64,000 bases of DNA from positions 66,948 to 130,947 of the IMG/VR virus record IMGVR_UViG_3300016466_000859; one strand, 5' to 3'. Source of the DNA: a virus. Both the position numbers and the translations under genes were made by a program. Below are positions 9,187-17,565 of the stretch, in pieces; position 1 is the stretch's first letter, and each line of letters opens with the position of its first letter. Under the pieces are notes generated by a model. It worked only from the letters and a program-made list of their open reading frames with translations, was not told where the DNA came from and made no database searches.

Positions 9187-9215
9187 ATTTTACCTAAAAT
9201 GGAATTTCTGGTCAA
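9187..9215 (-). promoter_or_regulatory. Sigma70-like early promoter
   Basis: TTGACC-17 nt-TAAAAT. Confidence 0.75.
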
Positions 9216-9256
9216 CCATAAAATGCTTCAGTTTGCTATATCGTAGTAGTAGATCA

Positions 9257-9262
9257 TAAATA
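9257..9262 (+). promoter_or_regulatory. TAAATA box (putative phage late promoter)
   Basis: Recurrent hexamer, correctly oriented upstream of dctP. Confidence 0.5.
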
Positions 9263-9349
9263 TATTGACGGTGTATACTCAATGAATGCCGGCAAAACAC
9301 CACATTGATTAGACGCTATCATTTATATAACTCCAGGAGAAATAAAACA

Positions 9350-10318
9350 ATGGAAAAAAGAACTCTACGTTGGGTCCTAGCCCACGAACCAATCGAGATC
9401 TTCATTCGTGCCGCGGAAAAATTCGCCAAATCTATCAGTGAGAAGACCAACGGTGCCATCAGCATCGATATCATGACCGCTGAACAATATGGCAAAAAAT
9501 ATCATGGCATGGACAAGGTCGACACACAATATCGCTACGACCTCATCAAGCACTTAGAATCCGGTGAACTTGAAATGAGCCAGATGTACACAACCACATT
9601 GGGCACACACTACGACCAGCAGTTGCTGGCCTTTGATATGCCCTACATTTTCGCCGATCACGATCACGTCGCTCGTGTGCTGGACGGTGAAATCGGTGCT
9701 GGCCTGCGCAAGAGTCTCAGCGAAAAGACCAACATGGCTTCGTTGGCCTTCACATACTCGGGTGGTTTCCGTGTGCTGCCTTCGGCCAAGAAAATCACCA
9801 GCATCACAGAGCTCGCAGGCGAAAAGGTCCGCGTTGGTAGCCCTGTTTCCCTAGAAACATTCAAGGCTCTGGGTTGCGAAGCCGTCGACGGCATCATGAT
9901 CGAAGAGTTGGGCGAAGCCATTGGCGACGGTCGTATTGTTGCCGGTGAAAGCACATACCCACGTCTCTATGGTACCGAGCAGAACATCGCTCCTAGCAAA
10001 ACTGCCAAAGCGGTGATCAACACCGAGCACAGCCTGTTCCTGACAACCATCCTCATCAACAAGGACATCTGGAACAGCTTTGATGCTGAACTCCAACAGT
10101 TCATGCTGGAAGCCGCTCACGAGGCTGCTCTAGAAGAGCGCAAAGAAGCACTGGCCGACATCAAGAAGAACCAAGCTCGGTTGGCCCAAGACGGTGTTGA
10201 AGTGGTTGATCTGCCTGCCACAGAAATCGACCTGTTCCGCAACAAAACAGCAGTGGTCTATGACGTACTCGCTGACATGTTCGAACCCGGTCTGATCAGC
10301 AACATCAAAAACGCCTAA
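9350..10318 (+). CDS. dctP: TRAP transporter substrate-binding protein (DctP family), no signal peptide
   Basis: AGGAG SD before ATG 9350; FDMPYIFADHDH, YSGGFR, LAGEKVRV, HSLFLTTILIN. Confidence 0.85.
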   Translation: MEKRTLRWVLAHEPIEIFIRAAEKFAKSISEKTNGAISIDIMTAEQYGKKYHGMDKVDTQYRYDLIKHLESGELEMSQMYTTTLGTHYDQQLLAFDMPYIFADHDHVARVLDGEIGAGLRKSLSEKTNMASLAFTYSGGFRVLPSAKKITSITELAGEKVRVGSPVSLETFKALGCEAVDGIMIEELGEAIGDGRIVAGESTYPRLYGTEQNIAPSKTAKAVINTEHSLFLTTILINKDIWNSFDAELQQFMLEAAHEAALEERKEALADIKKNQARLAQDGVEVVDLPATEIDLFRNKTAVVYDVLADMFEPGLISNIKNA

Positions 10319-10335
10319 TAGGTGTTTTGATAAAG

Positions 10336-10361
10336 AAAAAGCCCGCTTCGGCGGGCTTTTT
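10336..10361. terminator. Bidirectional intrinsic terminator
   Basis: AAAAA-GCCCGC-TTCG-GCGGGC-TTTTT between convergent genes. Confidence 0.92.
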
Positions 10362-10378
10362 GTTGGCTGCTTTACTGA

Positions 10379-10672
10379 TTACTCAGCGGCTTCTGCTTTG
10401 GCAGATTTCTTGGCAGTCGTACCAGGTACTTTGAAGAACTTGGCAAGATCAAAGTTGGTAGCTTCGTTGATGGCATTTACGGTTTCCTCTGTGAGGCGTG
10501 TGCTAATTTCGTTAGCGACTTTGACGGCGCTCTTGGTGTAGGCAGTCTGCCCATCAATAAAACCATTTAACGCTGCCTTAATACCGTCGTGTTGTACGAA
10601 CGTACCGACAACAGTTTTCTTGGCGTTCTGTACTTGGTCGATGTAAAAGTCGGGGGATACATTGTAAAACAT
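10379..10672 (-). CDS. Phasin-like (PHA granule-associated) protein, 97 aa
   Basis: AAGGAG SD; amphipathic helical A/T/K-rich sequence with Lys/Ala tail; PhaR-like operator upstream. Confidence 0.5.
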   Translation of the reverse strand: MFYNVSPDFYIDQVQNAKKTVVGTFVQHDGIKAALNGFIDGQTAYTKSAVKVANEISTRLTEETVNAINEATNFDLAKFFKVPGTTAKKSAKAEAAE

Positions 10673-10761
10673 TTGCTTTCTCCTTGTAGTTAAGCGAGTT
10701 TGGTTACCTTGACCCGCACCGTGCGGCATCTTGGTTTACTGCATTCTTTTGATTGTAACAT

Positions 10762-10782
10762 TATTTATATTGCGGTGCAACA
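10762..10782 (-). promoter_or_regulatory. PhaR-like palindrome fused to TAAATA box
   Basis: Minus strand TGTTGCACCGCAATA-TAAATA; 18/21 identical to 43193-43213. Confidence 0.7.
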
Positions 10783-10886
10783 TATAATATGCCCACTTTA
10801 CAGATCAGTTTTCCCAAAAAAAATATTTTCACGGTCATGACATGACCTAGTAAATACTACACTAATCGATTAGGAGATTTTTCAAA

Positions 10887-11165
10887 ATGGAAATTATCAT
10901 CATTGTAGCAATTCTTGCCGGTCTCGCTTTTTTTCTGTTCCGTGGCTTTGACGCCAACAAAGACGGTAAAGTGACCTTTGACGAAGTCAAATCAGCTGCC
11001 GATGCCAACAAAGACGGCAAAGTTGATGCCGAAGATGTCAAGGTTGTGGCCACTAAGGCCAAAGCAGTTGCTAAAAAAACAGCCGCTAATATTGGTGCCA
11101 AAACCAAAACTGCTGTCAAAAAAGCCACTGCTAAAAAACCTGCCGCTAAAAAGACAGGCAAATAA
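10887..11165 (+). CDS. Membrane-anchored protein with two DANKDGKV (EF-hand/dockerin-like) loops and a Lys/Ala-rich tail
   Basis: TAAATA at 10851-10856, AGGAG SD; N-terminal TM helix; AKK/KKPAAKK repeats. Confidence 0.8.
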   Translation: MEIIIIVAILAGLAFFLFRGFDANKDGKVTFDEVKSAADANKDGKVDAEDVKVVATKAKAVAKKTAANIGAKTKTAVKKATAKKPAAKKTGK

Positions 11166-11197
11166 TTAGCAGACGAAACAGTAGGATACGTAGAAGG

Positions 11198-11223
11198 AAA
11201 AACGGGCCGTCGGCCCGTTTTTT
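11198..11223. terminator. Bidirectional intrinsic terminator
   Basis: AAAAACGGGCCG-T-CGGCCCGTTTTTT between convergent genes. Confidence 0.88.
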
Positions 11224-11536
11224 ATTGGCTAAGATTGTCCAGGTATTGTTTTAGGTTGCCGCCGTATAGACTCAGCATAGTGGCTTCTTGTTCCTCAAAC
11301 ACCAAGATCTTCTTTCTTTTACCGAACAAGAAATACACACTAGGGAAATGTCGTTCCAGTTGCAGGATATTGCCGTTACTGAGAGGTTCGGTGAGTTCAT
11401 AGGAATAATACCGAAGTTTCAGCTCCTTGGCCAGGAAAGTGTAACCTTCCATGGTAAGGCTGAGGCTGTTGGGATCTGTGGGGTTCGACCAAATTCGCAA
11501 ACGCAGTTCACGTTGGCTTCCTTGAGAGCCCGACAT
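11222..11536 (-). CDS. Hypothetical phage protein
   Basis: GGAG before ATG 11536; start uncertain. Confidence 0.6.
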   Translation of the reverse strand: MSGSQGSQRELRLRIWSNPTDPNSLSLTMEGYTFLAKELKLRYYSYELTEPLSNGNILQLERHFPSVYFLFGKRKKILVFEEQEATMLSLYGGNLKQYLDNLSQ

Positions 11537-11576
11537 CTCCCAGAATATCTTGGTCAGTTGTGTCTGGGTGAAATTC

Positions 11577-11864
11577 TTAGGGGTAGATTTGGTCACCGGC
11601 TTTGAGCAAGACCACTGTGAATTTGTCGGTCTTGAACAGGGTGTTGAGTTTTTTGGCCAGGTTAATGGCATGTCCGGGATTAGAGAACGAAACCTTTTTG
11701 TATTTGGGCCCCGGATAAGAAACTAATATGTTGTGAGTTTTTAAATTAATGGGTTTTCCGTCAAAAAACACCGCCCAGATTCCTTCACTACTGAGTACCT
11801 GATCACTCTTGTAGGAAGATTTATTGACATGTTCAATGATAACGGTAGGCTTTGGTCTAGACAT
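11577..11864 (-). CDS. Hypothetical phage protein (MSRPKP...)
   Basis: TAAATA box upstream (about 11884-11889); YKKVSFSNPGHA block. Confidence 0.75.
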   Translation of the reverse strand: MSRPKPTVIIEHVNKSSYKSDQVLSSEGIWAVFFDGKPINLKTHNILVSYPGPKYKKVSFSNPGHAINLAKKLNTLFKTDKFTVVLLKAGDQIYP

Positions 11865-11908
11865 ATTCAGTTCTCGTGTCTTTTATTTATCATCAATAAG
11901 TATGTAGA

Positions 11909-12130
11909 TTAAAACTTACCACCGTCCATTTCAACGTTGATCCGAGAATCCTCAACCTTTACCTGAAGTTGAGAAGTTAACTCACTGACAAGAGACAGCA
12001 AGGCAAAGATATCCGCATGTAGATTTCTAGCATCTGCGGCAGAAAGATTGAGATCTTTGTGCCCGGTTTGGTTCATGACCTTGACACGGTCATTGAAAGA
12101 TTTTATGTGTAGTCCAGGATTATTGTTCAT
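11909..12130 (-). CDS. Hypothetical phage protein
   Basis: Coupled ORF in operon. Confidence 0.65.
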   Translation of the reverse strand: MNNNPGLHIKSFNDRVKVMNQTGHKDLNLSAADARNLHADIFALLSLVSELTSQLQVKVEDSRINVEMDGGKF

Positions 12131-12599
12131 TTTTTTGTTCCTCTAAGGCTTGCCGCATGCTATCATGATCTTGAAAGGGCCCGAGATACTCGTAGCGGTT
12201 TAGTGTGATCAGTTTGGGGCTAAATTCCTGTATCCAGTTGTCGCCATGTTTTATGAGATAGTACCCAGCACAATAATAACTTTTGCTTTTTTCATTGAGA
12301 CTGTAAATTGGCAGTTGGCGTTGCAGATTGAATATTCCTTTGTATGGCACATGCCGGCATGGAAATCCATATAGCTCTTTGAGCTTGGGTTTTTTGAGAT
12401 CTTTGGTTGCTTTTGATAGTTTGATATTGTACTGTCGCTTGATGGCGATCATACTGGGAAAATACTGCCGGGCCTGATTTTTAACAAATGCAAATCCGCC
12501 ATCCTCCTTGGCCTGGATGGTGGCTACAGGTTTTCCTTCCTGCTCAACTACCCAAAATTTGTTTTTGACTACTGGAGTCGCAATCAATTGATCACTCAT
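12120..12599 (-). CDS. Hypothetical phage protein
   Basis: ATGA-coupled to the rnh-like gene. Confidence 0.7.
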   Translation of the reverse strand: MSDQLIATPVVKNKFWVVEQEGKPVATIQAKEDGGFAFVKNQARQYFPSMIAIKRQYNIKLSKATKDLKKPKLKELYGFPCRHVPYKGIFNLQRQLPIYSLNEKSKSYYCAGYYLIKHGDNWIQEFSPKLITLNRYEYLGPFQDHDSMRQALEEQKNEQ

Positions 12600-13585
12600 G
12601 GTTGATATTCCGCTGATAAGAAATCCACATACTGTTGTACATTGTCACTGATGCGATTGAGTTCATATTTTCCGCAGAACTTCAAGAATTTGGTACCTAC
12701 CTGCCCGACATTCTTACCCACAGAGTTTTCTGCGATAGTCTCTGCGATTTTGATCTTGATGTCGTTGGGCTGTGCAGTGAGATCTACTAGTGTGCGATTT
12801 CTCTCGTAATCGTCCAGAACTCGATGCTCATCACCGTTGTGATCGGTCCATCGTTGAAGCATGAGGTTGTTCCAGTTAAACCCTTTCTTGCCACGATCTT
12901 CGTAGGCCTCTTGAAGACCCACTTTGTTTTTGCTGCCTTTGGTCCTGACACCGGGATAGGCAGAAAACACATTGTCAGTGGGATCACCGCGCATGCATTT
13001 TTCAAACAAGATCCACTGGGGGTCGGGTATCTTTTTGGGCTCCTTGGTCTTTTTATCGATCACAGGCTTGCCCTTCTTGTCAAAGATACCTTCAATGGTG
13101 TGTAGCTCGTCGGCGATGCCGTTGTACTGATTGACATTGGCGGCCAGTAATTGATGGAAGTCAGTGTCACTGCTGACGATGGTATGGTGATCGTCGGGGT
13201 GGCTCTGTATCCATCCTGCGATCAGGTCATCGGCTTCGAGTTCGGGATGCCGCAATACCGTGCAGTTGGTCTTTTCGTACAGGAAGGTCTTGAGCTCGTC
13301 GAAGGCTTCCCAAAAAAGACGATCTTCTTCTTGTTCGCTTTCGGTGAGCGCGGCCCTGGCCACGGCACGATTCTTTTTGTAAGGCTCGTAGAAGTCCTTG
13401 CGCCAACTGCGCCCTTCTAGGCAGAACACCACATGGTCGGCTCGTTGTTCTCTCCATGCTTTGGCCACGCTACTCAGCGTGACATGTACAGCGAAACCCA
13501 AACGGTCCCAGGTGTCCGATTGTCTATGGGCCGCGTGGCGTGCGCGGAAGAAAGTATTAGCGGTGTCTACGATCAGATATCTCAT
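12596..13585 (-). CDS. rnh: T4 RNase H-like 5'-3' exonuclease (FEN/PIN fold)
   Basis: LIVDTAN, YKKNR, EADDLI, SSDTDFHQL, GDPTDNV. Confidence 0.88.
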   Translation of the reverse strand: MRYLIVDTANTFFRARHAAHRQSDTWDRLGFAVHVTLSSVAKAWREQRADHVVFCLEGRSWRKDFYEPYKKNRAVARAALTESEQEEDRLFWEAFDELKTFLYEKTNCTVLRHPELEADDLIAGWIQSHPDDHHTIVSSDTDFHQLLAANVNQYNGIADELHTIEGIFDKKGKPVIDKKTKEPKKIPDPQWILFEKCMRGDPTDNVFSAYPGVRTKGSKNKVGLQEAYEDRGKKGFNWNNLMLQRWTDHNGDEHRVLDDYERNRTLVDLTAQPNDIKIKIAETIAENSVGKNVGQVGTKFLKFCGKYELNRISDNVQQYVDFLSAEYQP

Positions 13586-13591
13586 AGAGTA

Positions 13592-13620
13592 ATAGTAGCA
13601 GTTTATAATAAACGTGTCAA
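13592..13620 (-). promoter_or_regulatory. Sigma70-like promoter, probable leaderless transcript
   Basis: TTGACA-17-TACTAT-6 nt-ATG. Confidence 0.7.
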
Positions 13621-14319
13621 CTCTGGATATAACCGTTTGGCCCAAGCCGCATGCGCATCTGCACCAAAATGATAAGATCCTGTTTTAACAGTAGAGAATC
13701 CATTTTTGGTCAACCAATCGTGGTATGTTTCGGATCGTTCATATGGACCAATAAAACAACCTTCCCAATCTTTTTGTAGATGTATCAGGTTATCCTTGCA
13801 AGAGATATTATTGAATTGAGAATAGCAATTGAAAAACAGGTGCGGGATATCTAACGTGTTGAGATCTTGATGTAGATTCCATATCTTTTCGTGCCATTCA
13901 ATTTCTTTGTTTTCCCACTGTACTCGATCTTGATCAATCACCCATTTGCGATATCGATCAAGCAGGGCCATTGGCACAGTATCATGTCCGCTTCCGTTTA
14001 CTTGCCACCAACGATGGTCATAGAACCACTCTTCTCTTTCCCACGTAGTCCATCCGATCACCACGGCCTGTGGTCTGTGGGTTTTCAGATATTCTCGAGT
14101 GGTCCTTAATATCCTGTCATTGCTGGCTGCAGATTCAGAGTCGTTATATCTATTCCACCCCAATTCTTCGGCTAACTTTGTGCCCCAACACACAGCTTCG
14201 TTATCAGGATGTGGTTTTCTACCCATGTGCCAATATTGACTATCGTCTTCGGCGAAAGCATGAGAATTAACAGCTTCTGCTCCAGCGGCGTTGCTGTCTC
14301 CGTTGATGTAAAGTGTCAC
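13603..14319 (-). CDS. SGNH/GDSL hydrolase-like protein
   Basis: INGDSNAAG block I, ASNDRILR, HFGADAH. Confidence 0.65.
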   Translation of the reverse strand: MTLYINGDSNAAGAEAVNSHAFAEDDSQYWHMGRKPHPDNEAVCWGTKLAEELGWNRYNDSESAASNDRILRTTREYLKTHRPQAVVIGWTTWEREEWFYDHRWWQVNGSGHDTVPMALLDRYRKWVIDQDRVQWENKEIEWHEKIWNLHQDLNTLDIPHLFFNCYSQFNNISCKDNLIHLQKDWEGCFIGPYERSETYHDWLTKNGFSTVKTGSYHFGADAHAAWAKRLYPELTRLL

Positions 14320-14702
14320 GACACTGATTTTTTTCCGCCGCCGAGATCTTGTGTATCGCTTCTACGAGTGGTGGCATAGTTGGCCTCCCACTGCTCGTAG
14401 TTTTCTTGTACAACATTACGGCAAACATCTTGGAACCAACGATCTACGATCACCGATTCGTCTTCGTTGGGCTTGCGTTGATACCCTGCTCGTACAAGAT
14501 TAGTGATAAACTTATCGTTCCAGTCAAGTTCAAAGGCGCCGTTACCGATGTCATTGGGATCAAGTTCCACTGACACTATAGAGATGTAAGGCTCTCCTTT
14601 TTCTGTGGCCAACTCTTTGGCAGTTTTCTTTGCTTTTTCAATTTTTTCTTTAGATTCCGCAGATTTTGCGGATTTTTTCTTGAATCTATCAAACAGCCCC
14701 AT
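14316..14702 (-). CDS. Hypothetical phage protein
   Basis: Coupled ORF; FELDWND block. Confidence 0.75.
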   Translation of the reverse strand: MGLFDRFKKKSAKSAESKEKIEKAKKTAKELATEKGEPYISIVSVELDPNDIGNGAFELDWNDKFITNLVRAGYQRKPNEDESVIVDRWFQDVCRNVVQENYEQWEANYATTRRSDTQDLGGGKKSVS

Positions 14703-14964
14703 TGTTGGGTCCTTTCAGCATTAAGATTAATCCTTCATCTCTGTGCAGCCATCGAGTCTCTACGATAGGTTCGCCAGGCCCGGTCCACGTGGCTTCGGCT
14801 CTTACTGCCAGACCCCAGATTCTGCGGTTAGTGCGATAACATCGACGTGGCCATAAGCTCCAACGATATTCGAATCGCGCCCGGCGTTCAAAATCGTTCT
14901 GGTCAGCCAAGAGCCTTATGGCGCGATCTAGGGTGCTTTCTATGGCCCACATCAAGTACCCCAT
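14689..14964 (-). CDS. Hypothetical phage protein
   Basis: Fills the gap downstream of queE. Confidence 0.55.
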   Translation of the reverse strand: MGYLMWAIESTLDRAIRLLADQNDFERRARFEYRWSLWPRRCYRTNRRIWGLAVRAEATWTGPGEPIVETRWLHRDEGLILMLKGPNNGAV

Positions 14965-15845
14965 TCGTTGCGCCAGATATCGACTTGAAGTCGGGGACTG
15001 TATCGCCAACCTCTCTCCATGGCCAGTCTGGCCACTTCCTGTGTGTTTAAATTGTAGACCTGTGGGACGCCGCCGGCAGGCATGAGATATATGGGTCCAC
15101 CAAAGCCGGCCTCTCGGTATTCTGTGACCGCTCGTTCGGCGTCCTCTACATCCTGGCGAGTAGCCACAACGAACTTGAGATAGGTGTAGCCCACCATCTC
15201 GTACTCTTTGACCACTTTGGGATTGATGGCCGTCTCCCAACTCTCTCCTGAGCAGGGCAGTTTGGGACTCACAGAGAAGGTGAGTCTGTCATAATCACGA
15301 CCATGTCGAGTAAATTCTTCAAAGAAATAATCTCGAACCGCAGGATACAGTTCTTGGCTGCCATTGGTTTCAATGGTGACATCACGTAATCCTTTCTGTC
15401 GGAGAAGATCTAGTAGAGCGGGATACAGTTGCTGATAACCCAGAAATGGTTCACCGCCGGTGATGATAAAATGCACTTGGTCGCTGAAGTCTTGATCCCA
15501 CTTTCCTTGGGGCAATAGTGCGTGGATTTCGTCAGCGATGGCATCGACATCGGCCTGTTTATTGAATCTCTTGAACTCGGGGTAAATTGATGCATAGGTA
15601 TCGCAACCTGTGGTCACAAGTGGCAAGTCTTTGAACTCTCGATATCGTTCAGGATCCTGCTCTACCATCCTAATGATGTCTACTACTTCGGGATTATGAC
15701 CTTCGATGTTCTCATCACGTGGCCGCCCAAATTTCCGGCAACGGAAGTTACAACCGTATGTGCGAAAAAAGATACTGGGCACACCGGCCCATTTGCCTTC
15801 GCCTTGTAGGCTGTAGAAGATTTCAGTGTAAGTGATTTTTTCCAT
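14952..15845 (-). CDS. queE: 7-carboxy-7-deazaguanine synthase (radical SAM)
   Basis: EIFYSLQGEG, RTYGCNFRC...GCDT, ITGGEP, IETNG, SVSPKL, YSPRLQ. Confidence 0.92.
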   Translation of the reverse strand: MEKITYTEIFYSLQGEGKWAGVPSIFFRTYGCNFRCRKFGRPRDENIEGHNPEVVDIIRMVEQDPERYREFKDLPLVTTGCDTYASIYPEFKRFNKQADVDAIADEIHALLPQGKWDQDFSDQVHFIITGGEPFLGYQQLYPALLDLLRQKGLRDVTIETNGSQELYPAVRDYFFEEFTRHGRDYDRLTFSVSPKLPCSGESWETAINPKVVKEYEMVGYTYLKFVVATRQDVEDAERAVTEYREAGFGGPIYLMPAGGVPQVYNLNTQEVARLAMERGWRYSPRLQVDIWRNEWGT

Positions 15846-16186
15846 CAATGATTCCTTTTGCCTTGGAACACACAATTGAACAACATATGACTATCTCCAT
15901 CGTTTATGACTCTATGAAAGGCCCCATCGGGGATCAAGACCACATCACCGGGACCCACGGCAAACGGCTCATCGGTTTCTTCGCCTAAGATCATGTGACC
16001 GCGTCCCTGTACAAAAAAGTATACTTCTTCCTGCCCTGCATGTCTATGACCACGAGTTTGTTTTCCACGATACAGCCATGTAGAACTCAGCACGAGGTTA
16101 TTGAGGTCTCGGTTGTCTTTGAGTCGATAAACCTCATTGTCTTTGACGACGTCGCCGCCGACGTCATGTATGTGATATTTCTTCAT
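15845..16186 (-). CDS. Cupin-domain protein
   Basis: HRHAGQEEVYFF and IPDGAFHRV cupin motifs. Confidence 0.85.
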   Translation of the reverse strand: MKKYHIHDVGGDVVKDNEVYRLKDNRDLNNLVLSSTWLYRGKQTRGHRHAGQEEVYFFVQGRGHMILGEETDEPFAVGPGDVVLIPDGAFHRVINDGDSHMLFNCVFQGKRNH

Positions 16187-16571
16187 CTAAATATCTCTTT
16201 AGTTCTTTGTCTGTGGGCTTGACAGTGTAGTTGTTTTTGAAAAAGATTTCATATGAATCCGACCCGTATTTGCCGATGCCATACAACATTGTAGCATCTT
16301 GTTTGTCCCAAGTCAAATAGTCCCGACTCATGCCCATCAACCTTTGATAGCGCACATTGACCATCCCCAAGGGCTTTAGGATGCTTTTGACAAACTCTTC
16401 GTCGGCATCCAACAATGCATGAGGATTAGGGAACCAAAACAGGAATTCGGGCAAAGTCATTTTGACTGGCTTTCTCCCTGTTTGGTTCAGCATGATCACT
16501 CCTACCATGTGTTCCCACTCGTTGCGTATCTGTTGTTGTACCATCAAATCATCGCGCAAAGGTTCGAACAT
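16164..16571 (-). CDS. HhH-GPD (MBD4-like) DNA glycosylase
   Basis: IMLNQT, LKPLGM, LYGIGKYGSDSY helix-hairpin-helix. Confidence 0.78.
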   Translation of the reverse strand: MFEPLRDDLMVQQQIRNEWEHMVGVIMLNQTGRKPVKMTLPEFLFWFPNPHALLDADEEFVKSILKPLGMVNVRYQRLMGMSRDYLTWDKQDATMLYGIGKYGSDSYEIFFKNNYTVKPTDKELKRYLDEEISHT

Positions 16572-16573
16572 CG

Positions 16574-16948
16574 TTAATCCTTTTTTGATAGAAACGGTGT
16601 TAGATTGGGAGGAATCCATCCCTCGGGTTTGAGTACTTTGCCATCCTCGCGCTTGCGTACCTTACCGGTTTCGCTGTCGATTTTGGCAAAGTTGGTACGC
16701 ATGACTTCGTTCCAGGCGGCTTCGGCGTCCATGCCGGCAGAATGTATGGCACCAATGGTGACGACCAGTATATCGATCAATGCGTCGAGTTGCTCAACAG
16801 CATCGGCATCTAGTAAGGCATTTATAAGCTCTTGGTGCTCTTCTTTGATCAATTTGAGATACATGTTGTATTGATCGACATTCCAGCCTTTTACTGTTTG
16901 ATCGCAGGCTCGCATGAACCGCTCTTGGTCTTGGAAAGGGTTGGTCAC
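16574..16948 (-). CDS. MazG-like / all-alpha NTP pyrophosphohydrolase
   Basis: IKEEHQEL, DALIDILVV, EVMRTNFAK, RKREDGKVLKP. Confidence 0.85.
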   Translation of the reverse strand: MTNPFQDQERFMRACDQTVKGWNVDQYNMYLKLIKEEHQELINALLDADAVEQLDALIDILVVTIGAIHSAGMDAEAAWNEVMRTNFAKIDSETGKVRKREDGKVLKPEGWIPPNLTPFLSKKD

Positions 16949-16951
16949 TGT

Positions 16952-17488
16952 TTATCCTTCGTAAATTGCAGAATTACCAGCATGTTCAAATACTTCCACC
17001 GATCTCAATTTGACATCTTGGCCCACAGGGTAGCGTGGCTCGAATGTTTCAATATGGTCGTTGCCTTTCATTAGGCGATAAGGTTGACCGGTTTGGAAGC
17101 AATGCAAGATACGAGCCATCTCATGATAGGCCAGTTCTGCGAATTTTTCGCAGCCCACTGCATCTACCAGCCTGATGTCACAGATGCCGCCGCGATCTTG
17201 TAGACCCAATGCGGCCAAGTCTTGGAATTTTTGCAGATGAGGATCATCTCGCGCAATCACTAATGTGTGATCGAACATGTATTCCGACCACTCTTTGAAA
17301 GCCTTCAGTCCACCGAAGTCCATAACCCAATTGCGACTATCAAGGGTAGCAGACTCAAATACAAGACGAATGCCAATGCTATAACCATGCAATAGGCTGC
17401 AATGACTGTGAGTGCTACGCCATTGACGGAAACAACATGAAAGGCCTCGGTCATTGCCATAAGTTTTTGTTGATACATATTTTGCCAT
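16952..17488 (-). CDS. queD: 6-carboxy-5,6,7,8-tetrahydropterin synthase
   Basis: HCSLLHGY, WVMDFGGLK, FDH, GCEKFAE, VFEH; AGGAG SD. Confidence 0.9.
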   Translation of the reverse strand: MAKYVSTKTYGNDRGLSCCFRQWRSTHSHCSLLHGYSIGIRLVFESATLDSRNWVMDFGGLKAFKEWSEYMFDHTLVIARDDPHLQKFQDLAALGLQDRGGICDIRLVDAVGCEKFAELAYHEMARILHCFQTGQPYRLMKGNDHIETFEPRYPVGQDVKLRSVEVFEHAGNSAIYEG

Positions 17489-17522
17489 CTCTAGTCTCCT
17501 GTGTAAAATGAGCAAGTTTGAT

Positions 17523-17565
17523 GGCATGCAGAATATTTAGAGTGGGATGAATGCCTGAGTCCACT
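17523..17565 (-). ncRNA. Candidate H-type pseudoknot in the queD 5' leader
   Basis: AGUGG(17565-61)/CCACU(17545-41) crossed with GGCAU(17555-51)/AUGCC(17527-23). Confidence 0.4.

Noticed and set aside
9305-9349. Upstream ATT/TTG extension of dctP as a signal peptide
   Set aside because: The extension (MIRRYHLYNSRRNKT) is not hydrophobic and the AGGAG SD points to ATG 9350
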